The notes under the pieces were generated by a model, which was not told where the DNA came from, searched no databases, and was given only the letters and a program-made list of their open reading frames with translations. From Pseudomonadota bacterium (GTDB lineage: Bacteria; Pseudomonadota; Alphaproteobacteria; ATCC43930; CGMCC-115725): a stretch of DNA of 51,743 bases. The DNA is taken from contig JBKOVT010000120.1 of the NCBI GenBank assembly GCA_046724035.1, positions 1 to 51,743 of the forward strand, in the 5' to 3' direction. Below are positions 1 through 9,702 of this stretch, piece after piece (the stretch's first letter is position 1; each line of letters begins with the position of its first letter). The translations under genes and the position numbers were made by a program.

Positions 1-315
1 GAGGGGCTGCTGCCGCGCGAGCGCTTTGGCGAATTTCTCGCCGATGACACGCCAGCCTACATGCCGGAACTCGGCGAGGCGATCCATGTCTTCCTGGCGC
101 GCTCCCGGGCGCGGCTGGTGCTGGTACAGTTGGAGGACGCGATCGGCGAAGGCGAGCAGGCCAATCTGCCGGGGACAAGCGACAGCCACCCGAATTGGCA
201 GCGGCGCCTGGCGTCGCGGATCGAGGAGATCGTCGCCGGCGCCGCGATGACGCAGCTCGCCTCGCGGATCGGGGAGGCGCGCCGGCAGGCCGCGTCCGAC
301 ATGACATCGGAATGA
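1..315 (+). CDS. malQ: 4-alpha-glucanotransferase (amylomaltase), C-terminal end; 5' part lies left of the window
   Basis: Frame 1 is open from the window edge. The C-terminal peptide ...GEGEQANLPGTSDSHPNWQRRL... resembles the conserved GH77 C-terminus. Stop TGA 313-315 overlaps the treY ATG (ATGA). Confidence 0.7.
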   Translation, partial: EGLLPRERFGEFLADDTPAYMPELGEAIHVFLARSRARLVLVQLEDAIGEGEQANLPGTSDSHPNWQRRLASRIEEIVAGAAMTQLASRIGEARRQAASDMTSE

Positions 316-3068
316 GCGACCGCGAACCCGCTGTTCCAACCGTCCGCGCCACCTACCGGCTGCAATTTCACAAGGGCTTCACCTTTCGCGATGCCACCGC
401 GCTCGTGCCTTATCTGGCGCGGCTCGGGATCAGTCACATCTACGCCTCGCCGTTGATGGAGGCGCGGCCCGGGTCGACGCACGGCTACGACATCGTCAAT
501 CACAACCGCCTCAACCCGGAGATCGGGACCGAGGCGGAATTCGCCGCTCTGGTTGCCGCGCTCAAGACGCACGCCATGGGGCTCATTCTCGACATTGTGC
601 CAAACCATATGGCGGTCGGAGGCGCCGACAATGCGTGGTGGCTCGATGTTCTCGAATGGGGCGAAGCCTCACCCTATGCGGAGTATTTCGACATCAATTG
701 GGATCCTCTGCGCGAGGATTTGAAAGACCGCGTTCTGCTGCCGGTGCTCGGCGACCAGTACGGCGCGGTGCTCGAACGCGACGAAATCGAACTGCGCTTC
801 GATGCGACCGAAGGCAGCTTCAGCGCCTGGTATTACCAGCATCGTTTTCCACTGTCGCCGCCGAGCTATGCGATTGTCTTGCAGCGCGCCGGCGAGGCCG
901 CCGCGCGCCTCGCCGGCGAATTCGCGGCGCTGCACCGGCTCGATCCCGCCGAGGCGCGCCGGCGCGCCGGCGCGATGAAATCCCGGCTGGCCACGGCGGC
1001 GCATAGTGATGCCGCAGTCGCCGCGGCGATCGCGGCCGCGTTGCGCGATTTCACCGGGAGCCCTAGGCGGCCGACGCGTTTCCGCCGGCTGCACCGGCTG
1101 TTGGAAGCCCAGCACTATCGCATCGCCAATTGGCGGGTCGCCGCGGAGGAGATCAACTACCGGCGCTTTTTCAACATCAACGATCTCGCCGGACTACGCA
1201 TCGAATTGCCGGAGCTGTTCGAGGCGACGCACCGCATGGTCTTCACGATGATCGAGCGCGGCGACATAGAGGGATTGCGCATCGACCATATCGATGGGCT
1301 GTTCGATCCCGCCGACTATTGCGCCGCGCTGCGTCAAGAGGCGGGCGACGAGCTCTACATCGTCGTCGAGAAAATCCTGGCGCGCTACGAGCGGTTGCCC
1401 GATTGGCCGATCGCCGGCAGCACCGGGTATGATTTCGCGAACCAGGTGCTGGCGCTGTTTGTCGATCCCGCCGCGGAGGGGCCGATGACGCGCCTCTATC
1501 AGCGGCTCGCCGGCCGTGCCGAGGATTTCGACGCGGTGCTCTACGTGTCGAAAAAGCGGATCATGCAGGTCAATCTGGCGAGCGAGTTAAACGTGCTGGC
1601 GCGCCGCTTCCACCGGCTGGCTGCGAGCGAATGGCAGACCCGCGACTTTACGCTCAATGGCATGCTCTCGGCGCTCGAAGAGGTGATCGCCGCTTTCCCG
1701 GTTTATCGCACCTATGTCGGGCCGCAAGGCGCCAGCGCCGATGACCGCCGCTATATCGACTGGGCGATCGGGCTGGCGAAGACGCGCTGGGGTCCGAGCG
1801 AGACGACGATCCTCGATTTCATTCAAGGCGTCCTTCTCGCGGATCTGCCCGGGCATTCGCGGCCCGACGACGTGCTGCGAACCGCGATGCAGTTCCAGCA
1901 GGTGACCGGGCCGGTTATGGCGAAGGCATTCGAAGACACCGCCTTTTACCGCTATTTCCGCCTGCTGTCGCTGAACGAGGTCGGCGGCGATCCGCGCCGC
2001 TTTGGTATGTCATGCGCCGCGTTTCATCACCTGACGCAGGAGCGTGCGCGCCAATGGCCGCGCGCGATGCTGACGACCGCCACGCATGACACAAAGCGCG
2101 GCGAGGATGGACGGCTGCGCATCGCGCTTTTGTCGGAGCTGCCGCTGGTTTGGGGCCGCCGGGTCATGTTGTGGCTGCGGCTGAACCGCCGCCACCGCGC
2201 CGAGTTGCAGGGCGAGCCGGTGCCCGACCGCAATGTCGAATACTTGTTCTACCAGATGCTGGTCGGCGCCTGGCCGCCGGGGCTCGATCCAAGCGATACC
2301 GCCGGGACGACCGACCTCACCGAGCGCGTCGAGGCGGCGATGATCAAATCGGTGCGCGAGGGAAAGGAGCGGTCGAGCTGGAGCTACCCGAACCTCGAGT
2401 ACGAGGCCGGGCTCGTCCGCTTTGTGCGCGGCGTGCTCGATGCCGCGCGCCACAATCCCTTTCTCGCCGACTTCGCGGATTTTATCGGGTTGCTGGCGCG
2501 ACCGGCGGCGATCGCCTCCTTGGCGCAGCTCGTCTTGAAGCTGACCGTGCCGGGGGTGCCGGACATCTACCAGGGCGGCGAGCTCTGGGATTTCAATCTG
2601 GTGGATCCCGATAACCGGCGGCCGGTCGATTTTGGGCGGCGCCAGATGCTGCTCGACGAGATTTCCGATGCCGGGATTTTGGGCGTCTCGGAGCACTGGC
2701 AGGACGGGCGCGAGAAGCTGTTTGTCACCGCTCGTCTGCTCGCATTGCGGCGCGATCACCCCGAATTATTTGTCGCGGGCGATTACCAGCCGCTCGACAC
2801 CGGCGAAGGATGGGTGTCGAACCGGCTTTGCGCTTTTACCCGCCGCTACCGCGACGAGGCGCTCGTCGTCGTGGCGCCGCACCTGACCTACGGGCTCTAC
2901 CGTGACGGTGGCCCAGCCGATTTCGGGACCAAGATCGCGCTGCCCGCCGTAGGTGTTTGGCGCGAAATCCTTGGCGGCGCCAATTTCACTGGCCGCGCCC
3001 CCATCCGCGGCAGCGAGCTGTTCGCCGAATTCCCGGTGGCCGTGCTGTTAGGCCAGCAACTCCAATAG
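312..3068 (+). CDS. treY: maltooligosyl trehalose synthase
   Basis: Within ORF 195..3068. The ATG at 312 gives MSDREPAVPTVRATYRLQFHKGFTF...; GH13 TreY blocks are present (ISHIYASP, GLRIDHIDGL, long C-terminal domain). Stop TAG at 3066-3068. Confidence 0.9.
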   Translation: MSDREPAVPTVRATYRLQFHKGFTFRDATALVPYLARLGISHIYASPLMEARPGSTHGYDIVNHNRLNPEIGTEAEFAALVAALKTHAMGLILDIVPNHMAVGGADNAWWLDVLEWGEASPYAEYFDINWDPLREDLKDRVLLPVLGDQYGAVLERDEIELRFDATEGSFSAWYYQHRFPLSPPSYAIVLQRAGEAAARLAGEFAALHRLDPAEARRRAGAMKSRLATAAHSDAAVAAAIAAALRDFTGSPRRPTRFRRLHRLLEAQHYRIANWRVAAEEINYRRFFNINDLAGLRIELPELFEATHRMVFTMIERGDIEGLRIDHIDGLFDPADYCAALRQEAGDELYIVVEKILARYERLPDWPIAGSTGYDFANQVLALFVDPAAEGPMTRLYQRLAGRAEDFDAVLYVSKKRIMQVNLASELNVLARRFHRLAASEWQTRDFTLNGMLSALEEVIAAFPVYRTYVGPQGASADDRRYIDWAIGLAKTRWGPSETTILDFIQGVLLADLPGHSRPDDVLRTAMQFQQVTGPVMAKAFEDTAFYRYFRLLSLNEVGGDPRRFGMSCAAFHHLTQERARQWPRAMLTTATHDTKRGEDGRLRIALLSELPLVWGRRVMLWLRLNRRHRAELQGEPVPDRNVEYLFYQMLVGAWPPGLDPSDTAGTTDLTERVEAAMIKSVREGKERSSWSYPNLEYEAGLVRFVRGVLDAARHNPFLADFADFIGLLARPAAIASLAQLVLKLTVPGVPDIYQGGELWDFNLVDPDNRRPVDFGRRQMLLDEISDAGILGVSEHWQDGREKLFVTARLLALRRDHPELFVAGDYQPLDTGEGWVSNRLCAFTRRYRDEALVVVAPHLTYGLYRDGGPADFGTKIALPAVGVWREILGGANFTGRAPIRGSELFAEFPVAVLLGQQLQ

Positions 3069-3180
3069 CTTGCAACCCGGCGCCGATGGTACACCCGGAA
3101 CAAATGCCCGGGATCTGGCGGGCCAGCCCGTCCCCCGGCTAAAATCGCCCCCGGTCACCTGCCTTGCAAGGAGTTTTGGG

Positions 3181-5220
3181 ATGTCGCTCGAAGAGCGCGC
3201 CAGCGTCTGCACCTTCGATTGCCCCGATACGTGCAGTATCACGGTCACGATCGATGACGGCCGCGTCACGAAGGTGCGCGGCTCGCACGCGCTGCCCTAT
3301 ACGGCTGGGGTCATCTGCACAAAGGTGGCGCGCGACATGGAGGCCTTTGTGCACGGGCCGCAGCGGCTTTTGTATCCGCTGCGCCGGAGCGGGCCGAAAG
3401 GCTCAGCGCAATTCGAGCGCATCTCGTGGCAGGCCGCGCTCTACGAGATCCATGATCGGGTCGGCGAGGTTATCGGACGCTGGGGATCGCAGGCGGTGCT
3501 GCCGCTCAACTATGCCGGGCCGCACGGTCTTCTCGCCGGCGACAGCATGTCTCTGCGCTTCTTTCACCGGCTCGGCGCCAGCCAGCTCTACCGGCGCGCC
3601 TTGTGCGGCGGGGTGCGCAGCGAGGCCTGGGCCGGCACCTATGGCGCAGTACCAGGCTGCCCGCCCGATTTCGCCGAAGACGCCAAGCTCAACGTCGTCT
3701 GGGGCAACAACGCGACGGTGTCGAATGTACATCTCGTGCGAGCCATCCGGCGCGCGAAGCGGCGCGGTGGCAAACTCGCCGTCGTCGATCCGCTGCGCAC
3801 CAAGATCGCCGAGCAGGCCGACCTGCACCTGCAGATCCTGCCCGGCACCGACACACCCTTGGCTTGGTCGGTTGCGGCCGAGCTCGAGCGCGCCGGAAAA
3901 TTCGACAATGAGTTCATCGCGGCCAATGTGCTCGGCTTCGACGAGTTCATGGCGCGGGCTCGCGAATGGCCAGTCGCGCGCGCCGCTTCGGTCTGCGGCG
4001 TGCCCGAGGACCAGATCCGGGTTCTCGCCGAGTGGATCGCCGAAGCCGATCCGCTGGTCTTGGCGCCGGGGAATGGGCTCGAGCGGGGCCGGCACGGCGG
4101 CGGTGCGATTCGCGCGATCGTCGCGTTGCCGGCATTGCTCGGGAAACTCGGCCAGGGCAACGGCATCGTGCTCGGCGCCAGCAATGCCTTTCCGAAAACG
4201 CTCGCCAAATTGCAGCGCCCCGATCTCGCGCCGGCCGGCACTCGCACGCTGAACATTCTCGATATCGGCCGGCACCTCGCCGAGGACGATCTCGACCCGC
4301 CATTGCGCGCGGTCTTTATCTACAACCACAACCCGATCGTCGTGCATCCCGATCAGAACCGTATGCGCCGCGGCCTCGCGCGCGAGGACGTGTTCACGGT
4401 CGGAATCGATGTGGCGATGACCGAGAGCCTGGCGCATTGCGATGTCGTGTTGCCGGCCGCGACTCATTTCGAATACGCGGATCTCTACTCGTCCTACGGC
4501 CATCACTGGCTCCAGCGCGCCGAACCGGTCATCGCGCCGCTCGGCGAGTCGCTCCCGAATACCGAAATCTTTCGGCGGCTTGCGGTTCGTTTCGGCTTCG
4601 ACGAGCCGTGCTTCCGGGCGAGCGATGCGGAGTTGATGGACGATGCCGTCGATCCCGCAGATGCGCGCCTCAGCGGCGTGCGGCCCAGCCGCATCCCGGT
4701 CGATCGAGCGGTGCAGATGAGGGGCGCGGACGGCAAGCCGCTCGTGCTGTTCGAGAATGTCTTTCCGGCGACCCCATCGGGCAAAATCGAGCTCAAATCG
4801 GAAGCACTGGCAGCGCGCTGGGGCGCGCAGGCGCTGTTGCCGGAGTGGCGGGAGCGCGATGCCGATTATCCGCTGCGCCTGATTTCGCCCGCATCCGACA
4901 AGCGCATCTCCTCGACATTGGGCGGGCTGCCGGGCTCGCGGCGGGCGCCGCCCCTCTTGATGCACCCGGAGGATGCGGCGCGGCGCCAGCTCGCTTCGGG
5001 CAGCGAGGTCAAGGTGTGGAACGAGCGCGGCGAGGTCATCCTGCCGCTGAAGCTCACGGATGCCGTGCCGCGGGGGGTCGTCGCGAGCGAAAAGGGCGCG
5101 TGGCTCGCGACGAGCCGCACCGGGCAGACGATCTCCGCTCTTGTCTCGGCCGATATGCGAGCCGATGTCGCCGAAGGCGCCTGCTTCAACGACACGCGCG
5201 TCGAGGTCGCCGCGGTCTGA
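3181..5220 (+). CDS. molybdopterin-dependent oxidoreductase (substrate unknown)
   Basis: ORF 3070..5220. The ATG at 3181 precedes an N-terminal Cys cluster ([10 protein letters not shown]), followed by molybdopterin oxidoreductase and C-terminal dinucleotide-binding-like regions. About 680 aa. Confidence 0.8.
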   Translation: MSLEERASVCTFDCPDTCSITVTIDDGRVTKVRGSHALPYTAGVICTKVARDMEAFVHGPQRLLYPLRRSGPKGSAQFERISWQAALYEIHDRVGEVIGRWGSQAVLPLNYAGPHGLLAGDSMSLRFFHRLGASQLYRRALCGGVRSEAWAGTYGAVPGCPPDFAEDAKLNVVWGNNATVSNVHLVRAIRRAKRRGGKLAVVDPLRTKIAEQADLHLQILPGTDTPLAWSVAAELERAGKFDNEFIAANVLGFDEFMARAREWPVARAASVCGVPEDQIRVLAEWIAEADPLVLAPGNGLERGRHGGGAIRAIVALPALLGKLGQGNGIVLGASNAFPKTLAKLQRPDLAPAGTRTLNILDIGRHLAEDDLDPPLRAVFIYNHNPIVVHPDQNRMRRGLAREDVFTVGIDVAMTESLAHCDVVLPAATHFEYADLYSSYGHHWLQRAEPVIAPLGESLPNTEIFRRLAVRFGFDEPCFRASDAELMDDAVDPADARLSGVRPSRIPVDRAVQMRGADGKPLVLFENVFPATPSGKIELKSEALAARWGAQALLPEWRERDADYPLRLISPASDKRISSTLGGLPGSRRAPPLLMHPEDAARRQLASGSEVKVWNERGEVILPLKLTDAVPRGVVASEKGAWLATSRTGQTISALVSADMRADVAEGACFNDTRVEVAAV

Positions 5221-5245
5221 GCCGGCGGACAGGCGCGAGGGTCGG

Positions 5246-6349
5246 GTGGACGAGATCGAAGCGGTCGTTATCGGCGCCGGGATCATCGGTCTCGCCGCGG
5301 CGCGCGCGCTGGCGCTCGCTGGGCATGAGGTCGTCATTCTCGAGCGCGCCTACACGATCGGGTTCGAGACCTCGTCGCGCAACAGCGAGGTCATCCATGG
5401 CGGGCTCTATTATCCCAAGGGGAGCCTGAAGGCGCGCAGCTGCGTCGAAGGCCGCGAACGGCTCTACGCCTATTGCCGGGAGCACGGCGTCCCGCATGCC
5501 CGGCTCGGCAAATTGATCGTCGCGACCAGCGACGACGAGATCCCCGGCGTCGAGAAGATCGAGGCCGCGGCGCGCGCCAATGGCGTCGACAATCTCGAAT
5601 GGCTCACGGCGTCAGAGGCGCAGCGCATGGAGCCCGAACTCAACTGCGTCGCGGCTTTGCTGTCGCCCTCGACCGGCATCATCGACAGCCATGCGCTGAT
5701 GCTCGCCTATCAGGGTGAGGCGGAAGCAGCCGGCGCATTCGTCGCGTTCCGCACGCCGGTGTTAGGCGGGCATGTGCGCGGCGACGGGTTCGAGCTGTCG
5801 GTCGGCGGCGACGAACCAACAACGATCCGCTGCCGGTATCTGATCAACGCGGCGGGGCTTTATGCGCCGACCGTGGCGGGCTCCATCGAGGGCATTCCGC
5901 GCCAGACGATCCCGCCGGCCTATTTCTGCCGCGGCGTCTATTTCACATTGAGTGGCAAGACACCGTTTCATCGGCTCATCTATCCCGTGCCGGTGCCAGG
6001 CGGGCTCGGCGTCCATATCACGCTGGATCTTGCGGGGCAGGCGCGGTTTGGCCCCGATGTCGAATGGATCGAGACGGTGGATTACGCGGTCGATCCGCGG
6101 CGCGGTGACAAATTCTACGATGCGGTGCGGCGCTATTGGCCGGGGTTGCGCGACGGCGCGCTGCAGCCGGGCTATGCCGGCATTCGGCCGAAGATCAGCG
6201 GCCCCGACGAGCCTGCCGCCGATTTTGTCGTGCAGGGGCCGGAAGCGCACGGCATTCCCGGCCTCGTTAATCTTTACGGGATCGAGTCGCCGGGGCTTAC
6301 TTCATCCCTGCCGCTGGCCGATGAGGCGGTGCGCCAACTCGGTGGCTAG
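5246..6349 (+). CDS. FAD-dependent oxidoreductase (L-2-hydroxyglutarate oxidase / DAO-like family)
   Basis: GTG at 5246 with GAGGG upstream. N-terminal dinucleotide fold [13 protein letters not shown], then [21 protein letters not shown], typical of the LhgO-like family. Confidence 0.8.
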   Translation: MDEIEAVVIGAGIIGLAAARALALAGHEVVILERAYTIGFETSSRNSEVIHGGLYYPKGSLKARSCVEGRERLYAYCREHGVPHARLGKLIVATSDDEIPGVEKIEAAARANGVDNLEWLTASEAQRMEPELNCVAALLSPSTGIIDSHALMLAYQGEAEAAGAFVAFRTPVLGGHVRGDGFELSVGGDEPTTIRCRYLINAAGLYAPTVAGSIEGIPRQTIPPAYFCRGVYFTLSGKTPFHRLIYPVPVPGGLGVHITLDLAGQARFGPDVEWIETVDYAVDPRRGDKFYDAVRRYWPGLRDGALQPGYAGIRPKISGPDEPAADFVVQGPEAHGIPGLVNLYGIESPGLTSSLPLADEAVRQLGG

Positions 6350-6540
6350 AGAGCTCCGAAATTGCGGCAGAAGCGCCAGAGGGTCAGCGGCCAGGCGAGC
6401 ACCTCGGGAAGGCTTGTGCGGAAGACGCCGACTTGGCGGCGCCAGTTAAAATCGTCCGGAATCGCCGGGCTCGCGGGATGCGCAAAAAACGCGGCGCCGA
6501 TTGCGAGATAGCAAAGTACTGCCGTGACCAGAATTTCCAT
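6346..6540 (-). CDS. small hydrophobic hypothetical protein
   Basis: 64-aa ORF with GAGG 6 nt upstream of the ATG and a hydrophobic N-terminus. No recognisable family. Confidence 0.35.
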   Translation of the reverse strand: MEILVTAVLCYLAIGAAFFAHPASPAIPDDFNWRRQVGVFRTSLPEVLAWPLTLWRFCRNFGAL

Positions 6541-6672
6541 GACCTCGACCGGCTTTGGGGAACCGAATTCTGGCTACAGTGTTGCGGCGGGGCTGGCAAT
6601 CCCTAAATGTCGCAAAACAAATGATTCCTGCCGATGCGGTCGCGAGCCGCACCCGGCGCGAAAGGTCCTGCG

Positions 6673-7791
6673 ATGCTGATCGGCGTCCCAAAAGAGGTGA
6701 AGAGCCACGAATACCGGGTCGGCCTGGTCCCGGGCAGCGTGCGCGAGCTGGTGCATCACGGGCATAAGGTCGTCGTCGAGACTGGCGCCGGCGCCGGCAT
6801 CGGCTTTGATGACGGCGCTTACGAAGCGGCCGGGGCCGAGATCCTGATGCGCGGCGCCGATGTGTTCGCCGCGGCCGAGATGATCGTCAAAGTCAAGGAG
6901 CCGCAACCGGACGAGGTTCTCGCATTGCGCGAGGACCAGGTGCTGTTCACCTATCTGCATCTTGCCGCCGACCGTAAACTGACCGAAGCCTTGCTGCGCT
7001 CGGGCGCGGTCGGGATCGCCTATGAAACCGTGAGCGATCGCCAGGGCGGGCTGCCGCTCCTCGCACCGATGAGCGAAGTCGCGGGGCGCATGTCGGTGCA
7101 GGTCGGGGCGCATTGTCTCGAGAAGGAGCAGGGCGGGCTCGGCATCCTGCTGGGGGGCGTGCCGGGGGTCGCGGCGGCCAAGGTCGTCATTCTGGGCGGC
7201 GGTGTCTCGGGGACGAATGCGGCGCGCATGGCAATGGGGCTTGAGGCGCATGTCACGGTCATCGACCGCTCGCTGCCGCGCCTCTACGAGCTCGACATGC
7301 AGTTCGGCTCGCAGCTGCACACACTGTTCTCGACGGTCGAAAACATCGAGCGCGAGGTCGTCTCGGCCGATCTCCTGATCGGCGCGGTCTTGGTGCCGGG
7401 CGCTGCGGCGCCAAAGCTCGTCAGCCGCCAATTGGTACGTCAGATGAAGCCCGGTTCGGTCATCGTCGATATCTCCATCGACCAGGGCGGCTGCATCGAG
7501 ACGAGCCGGCCGACAACGCATGCCGACCCGACCTATATCGACGAAGGCGTCGTGCATTATTGCGTGACGAACATGCCGGGCGCGGTGGCGCGGACCTCGG
7601 CGGTGGCGCTCAACAACGCGACCTTGCCCTTTGTGCTGGCGATCGCCGATCGCGGTTGGCGGCGCGCGCTCTCCGACGACCCGCATCTGCGCAACGGCCT
7701 CAATACCTGCCGCGGGCAGCTGACCCATCCGGCGGTCGCGCATGATTTGGGGCTCACCCTGACCGCGCCCGAACGGGCGCTGGCCTCATGA
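6673..7791 (+). CDS. ald: alanine dehydrogenase
   Basis: MLIGVPKEVKSHEYRVGLVPGSVRELVHHGHKVVVE... is the canonical Ald N-terminus. NAD fold VVILGGGVSGTNAA. About 372 aa. Confidence 0.92.
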   Translation: MLIGVPKEVKSHEYRVGLVPGSVRELVHHGHKVVVETGAGAGIGFDDGAYEAAGAEILMRGADVFAAAEMIVKVKEPQPDEVLALREDQVLFTYLHLAADRKLTEALLRSGAVGIAYETVSDRQGGLPLLAPMSEVAGRMSVQVGAHCLEKEQGGLGILLGGVPGVAAAKVVILGGGVSGTNAARMAMGLEAHVTVIDRSLPRLYELDMQFGSQLHTLFSTVENIEREVVSADLLIGAVLVPGAAAPKLVSRQLVRQMKPGSVIVDISIDQGGCIETSRPTTHADPTYIDEGVVHYCVTNMPGAVARTSAVALNNATLPFVLAIADRGWRRALSDDPHLRNGLNTCRGQLTHPAVAHDLGLTLTAPERALAS

Positions 7792-7915
7792 ATGGGGCTG
7801 TCATGAAATCGCCGCAGGTACAAAGAAGCAGGGGTTCGCGCGAATGTTTTGTTTATGCCGGGCTTGCGCGTTCTAGTCTTGCGCGGATCGGCACGATCTC
7901 CTATGTCAGCCAGTG

Positions 7916-8575
7916 ATGGGTCGCAACGGCATCATGGCGTTCCTCCCCACGACCGTCCTTCCGGCGGTCGACCAGATACCTGACCCCATCTTCGCGCGCG
8001 AGGCGCCGGCGGGACGCATCGACGGGGCGGCGATCGCCGCAGTCACTGACCTTTATCGCGAAATGCTGCCACCGGGCGGCGCCATCCTCGACGTCATGTC
8101 CGGCTGGATCTCGCACCTGCCGCCCGAAGCGCCATTCCGCCGCGTCGTCGGCGTCGGCGTCGATCGCCGCGCGCTGGCCGAGAACCCATTCCTCGATGAA
8201 TGGCGCGCCCAGGATCTGAACCGCGACCCGGTGTTGCCATTCGCGAGTGGCGAATTCGACGGCGCGACCTTGTGTGGCGCGATCCAGTACCTCGCCCGGC
8301 CGGGCGAGGTCATCCGCGAAGTGGCGCGGGTCTTAAAGCCCGGGGCGCCGCTGATCGTGACGTTCTCGAACCGCTGTCTCGCGACCAAGGCGATCGCCTG
8401 CTGGTGCCTCCTCGACGAAGCGGGGCATCTCTGTCTGATCGCCCAGCATTTCGCCGAGGCCGGCAATTGGGCCGATGTGCGATGTCTCGATCGAACGCCG
8501 CCGGGCGGAGGTCAGCCGCTCTACGCGGTTATCGGGCATAGCCTCGGCGCGGGGCGCCCCGGCAGCAGCGACTAG
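7916..8575 (+). CDS. class I SAM-dependent methyltransferase
   Basis: ILDVMSG...DGATLCGAIQYLARPGEVIREVARVLKPGAPLIVTFSN resembles methyltransferase type-11 motifs I and post-I. Start is uncertain (7913 GTG / 7916 ATG / 7934 ATG). Confidence 0.7.
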   Translation: MGRNGIMAFLPTTVLPAVDQIPDPIFAREAPAGRIDGAAIAAVTDLYREMLPPGGAILDVMSGWISHLPPEAPFRRVVGVGVDRRALAENPFLDEWRAQDLNRDPVLPFASGEFDGATLCGAIQYLARPGEVIREVARVLKPGAPLIVTFSNRCLATKAIACWCLLDEAGHLCLIAQHFAEAGNWADVRCLDRTPPGGGQPLYAVIGHSLGAGRPGSSD

Positions 8576-8597
8576 CCACCCTTACGAATAGCCCGGC

Positions 8598-9005
8598 TCA
8601 CTTCAGCATTTGTTCGATCGCCGCGATCCGCCTGGACGCGGCTTTTTCATTGCCGGCTTCGCGTTCGTGCTGGGCGGCGGCGACGAGCCGATCGGCTTCC
8701 GCCATGCGGCGCTCGCCGGCCTGCACGCTGAGGCGCCGGCGATCGATTTTCTCGGACAGGGACGCCCTGATCTCCGCCTGCAAGCGGATCAGATCGGGAT
8801 GCGGCGCGGTGGGCAGCGCATAGGTCTCGATCGCCGCGTTCACGCAGCGGGCATGCGGCAGGTAATTGCCGAGGCGCGCGGGGTAGTCGCGGTTGCATGC
8901 TTCGCGCGCCGCCTTCAAATCGCCCATTGACGGTGGCGCCACGACGCACGCGGCGAGAGCGCCGGTCAAGAGGCTGGCGATTGTGATCCTGGTCGTGAAC
9001 GACAT
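8598..9005 (-). CDS. putative lipoprotein, unknown function
   Basis: Signal peptide with lipobox (LTGALAAC) followed by a helical, charged body. 135 aa. Confidence 0.55.
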   Translation of the reverse strand: MSFTTRITIASLLTGALAACVVAPPSMGDLKAAREACNRDYPARLGNYLPHARCVNAAIETYALPTAPHPDLIRLQAEIRASLSEKIDRRRLSVQAGERRMAEADRLVAAAQHEREAGNEKAASRRIAAIEQMLK

Positions 9006-9142
9006 CCGGCTTCCCCCAGCCCCTGTTTTTGTCCCCGAATTTTCGGGATCTTGAACACGTGGATGACCGGATCAGGCCCGGTCAAGAGACAGTTTTGGGA
9101 CATGACTTGAGAACTTGGCTCCGGCTGGGGACGCGGAGAAGT

Positions 9143-9166
9143 GGGGCCCGGTCTTCACCGGCCCCC
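9143..9166 (-). terminator. GC-rich hairpin downstream of the panE-like fragment
   Basis: GGGGCCCGGT-cttc-ACCGGCCCC, imperfect stem of about 9 bp. No clear U-tract, so only a weak terminator candidate. Confidence 0.25.
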
Positions 9167-9181
9167 CGTTCTCCGTGCGAG

Positions 9182-9682
9182 CTAAATCGCGTACAGATGC
9201 TCGGGCGAGGGCGGCGCCTGACCGAGCTCGACCTTTTTGACCGCGGCGATCAGCTTCTCATGCGTCGAGACCGGCTTGCCGATGCTTCGGCCGCGCTCGA
9301 CGATGACCCCGTTGATGAAGTCGATCTCGGTGCGGCGGCCCTTCAGCATATCCTGCCCCATCGACGGGCGCTGGTGCTCGCTGCGCTGCTGCGAGTTGCG
9401 CAGCGCCAGCATCAGCGACTCCACCTCGTCGAGGGCGGCGCGGTCGCCCTCAGAAGCGCGCGCCAGCTTTTCGGCGTCCTGGCCGGCGATGTCCTCGAGC
9501 TTGTAGCCGAGCGCCTGACCGACCCTGACGCCCTCGCCGCCGAGCTTGATGATGACACGGCGGATGCGCTCGTCCTGACGGATATCGTTGCCGGAGAGGC
9601 CGCTCGCCGCCGAGACGCCGTTATGCATGCCGTTGACCCTCGGGTTTGACAAAACACCCCTCCCGATACAGATGGTCACCAT
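9182..9682 (-). pseudogene. panE: 2-dehydropantoate 2-reductase (ketopantoate reductase), C-terminal ApbA_C half only
   Basis: NGMHNGVSAASGL...RPSMGQDMLKGRRTEIDFINGVIVERGRSIGKPVSTHEKL matches the C-terminal domain. The Rossmann N-terminal half is absent. The ORF runs into the 20 nt before the recombinase start. Confidence 0.75.
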
Positions 9683-9702
9683 AGTGATAGGAGCGCAAGT
9701 AT

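Noticed and set aside
3403-5337. Very long antisense ORFs opposite well-supported genes. Examples: 3403..5337(-), 6574..7743(-), 57..608(-), 2010..2759(-), 21636..22346(-), 30703..31386(-), 15979..16653(-), 50028..50657(+).
   Set aside because: They are typical stop-poor shadow frames of high-GC DNA. Their translations are Arg/Pro/Ala-rich with no family signatures, and the opposite strand carries clear conserved proteins.
9676-9687. TCAC-cata-GTGA at the panE/recombinase junction as the att core.
   Set aside because: The inverted arms are only 4 nt. The idea cannot be evaluated without the other junction, so it is mentioned only as lying inside the predicted attL interval.
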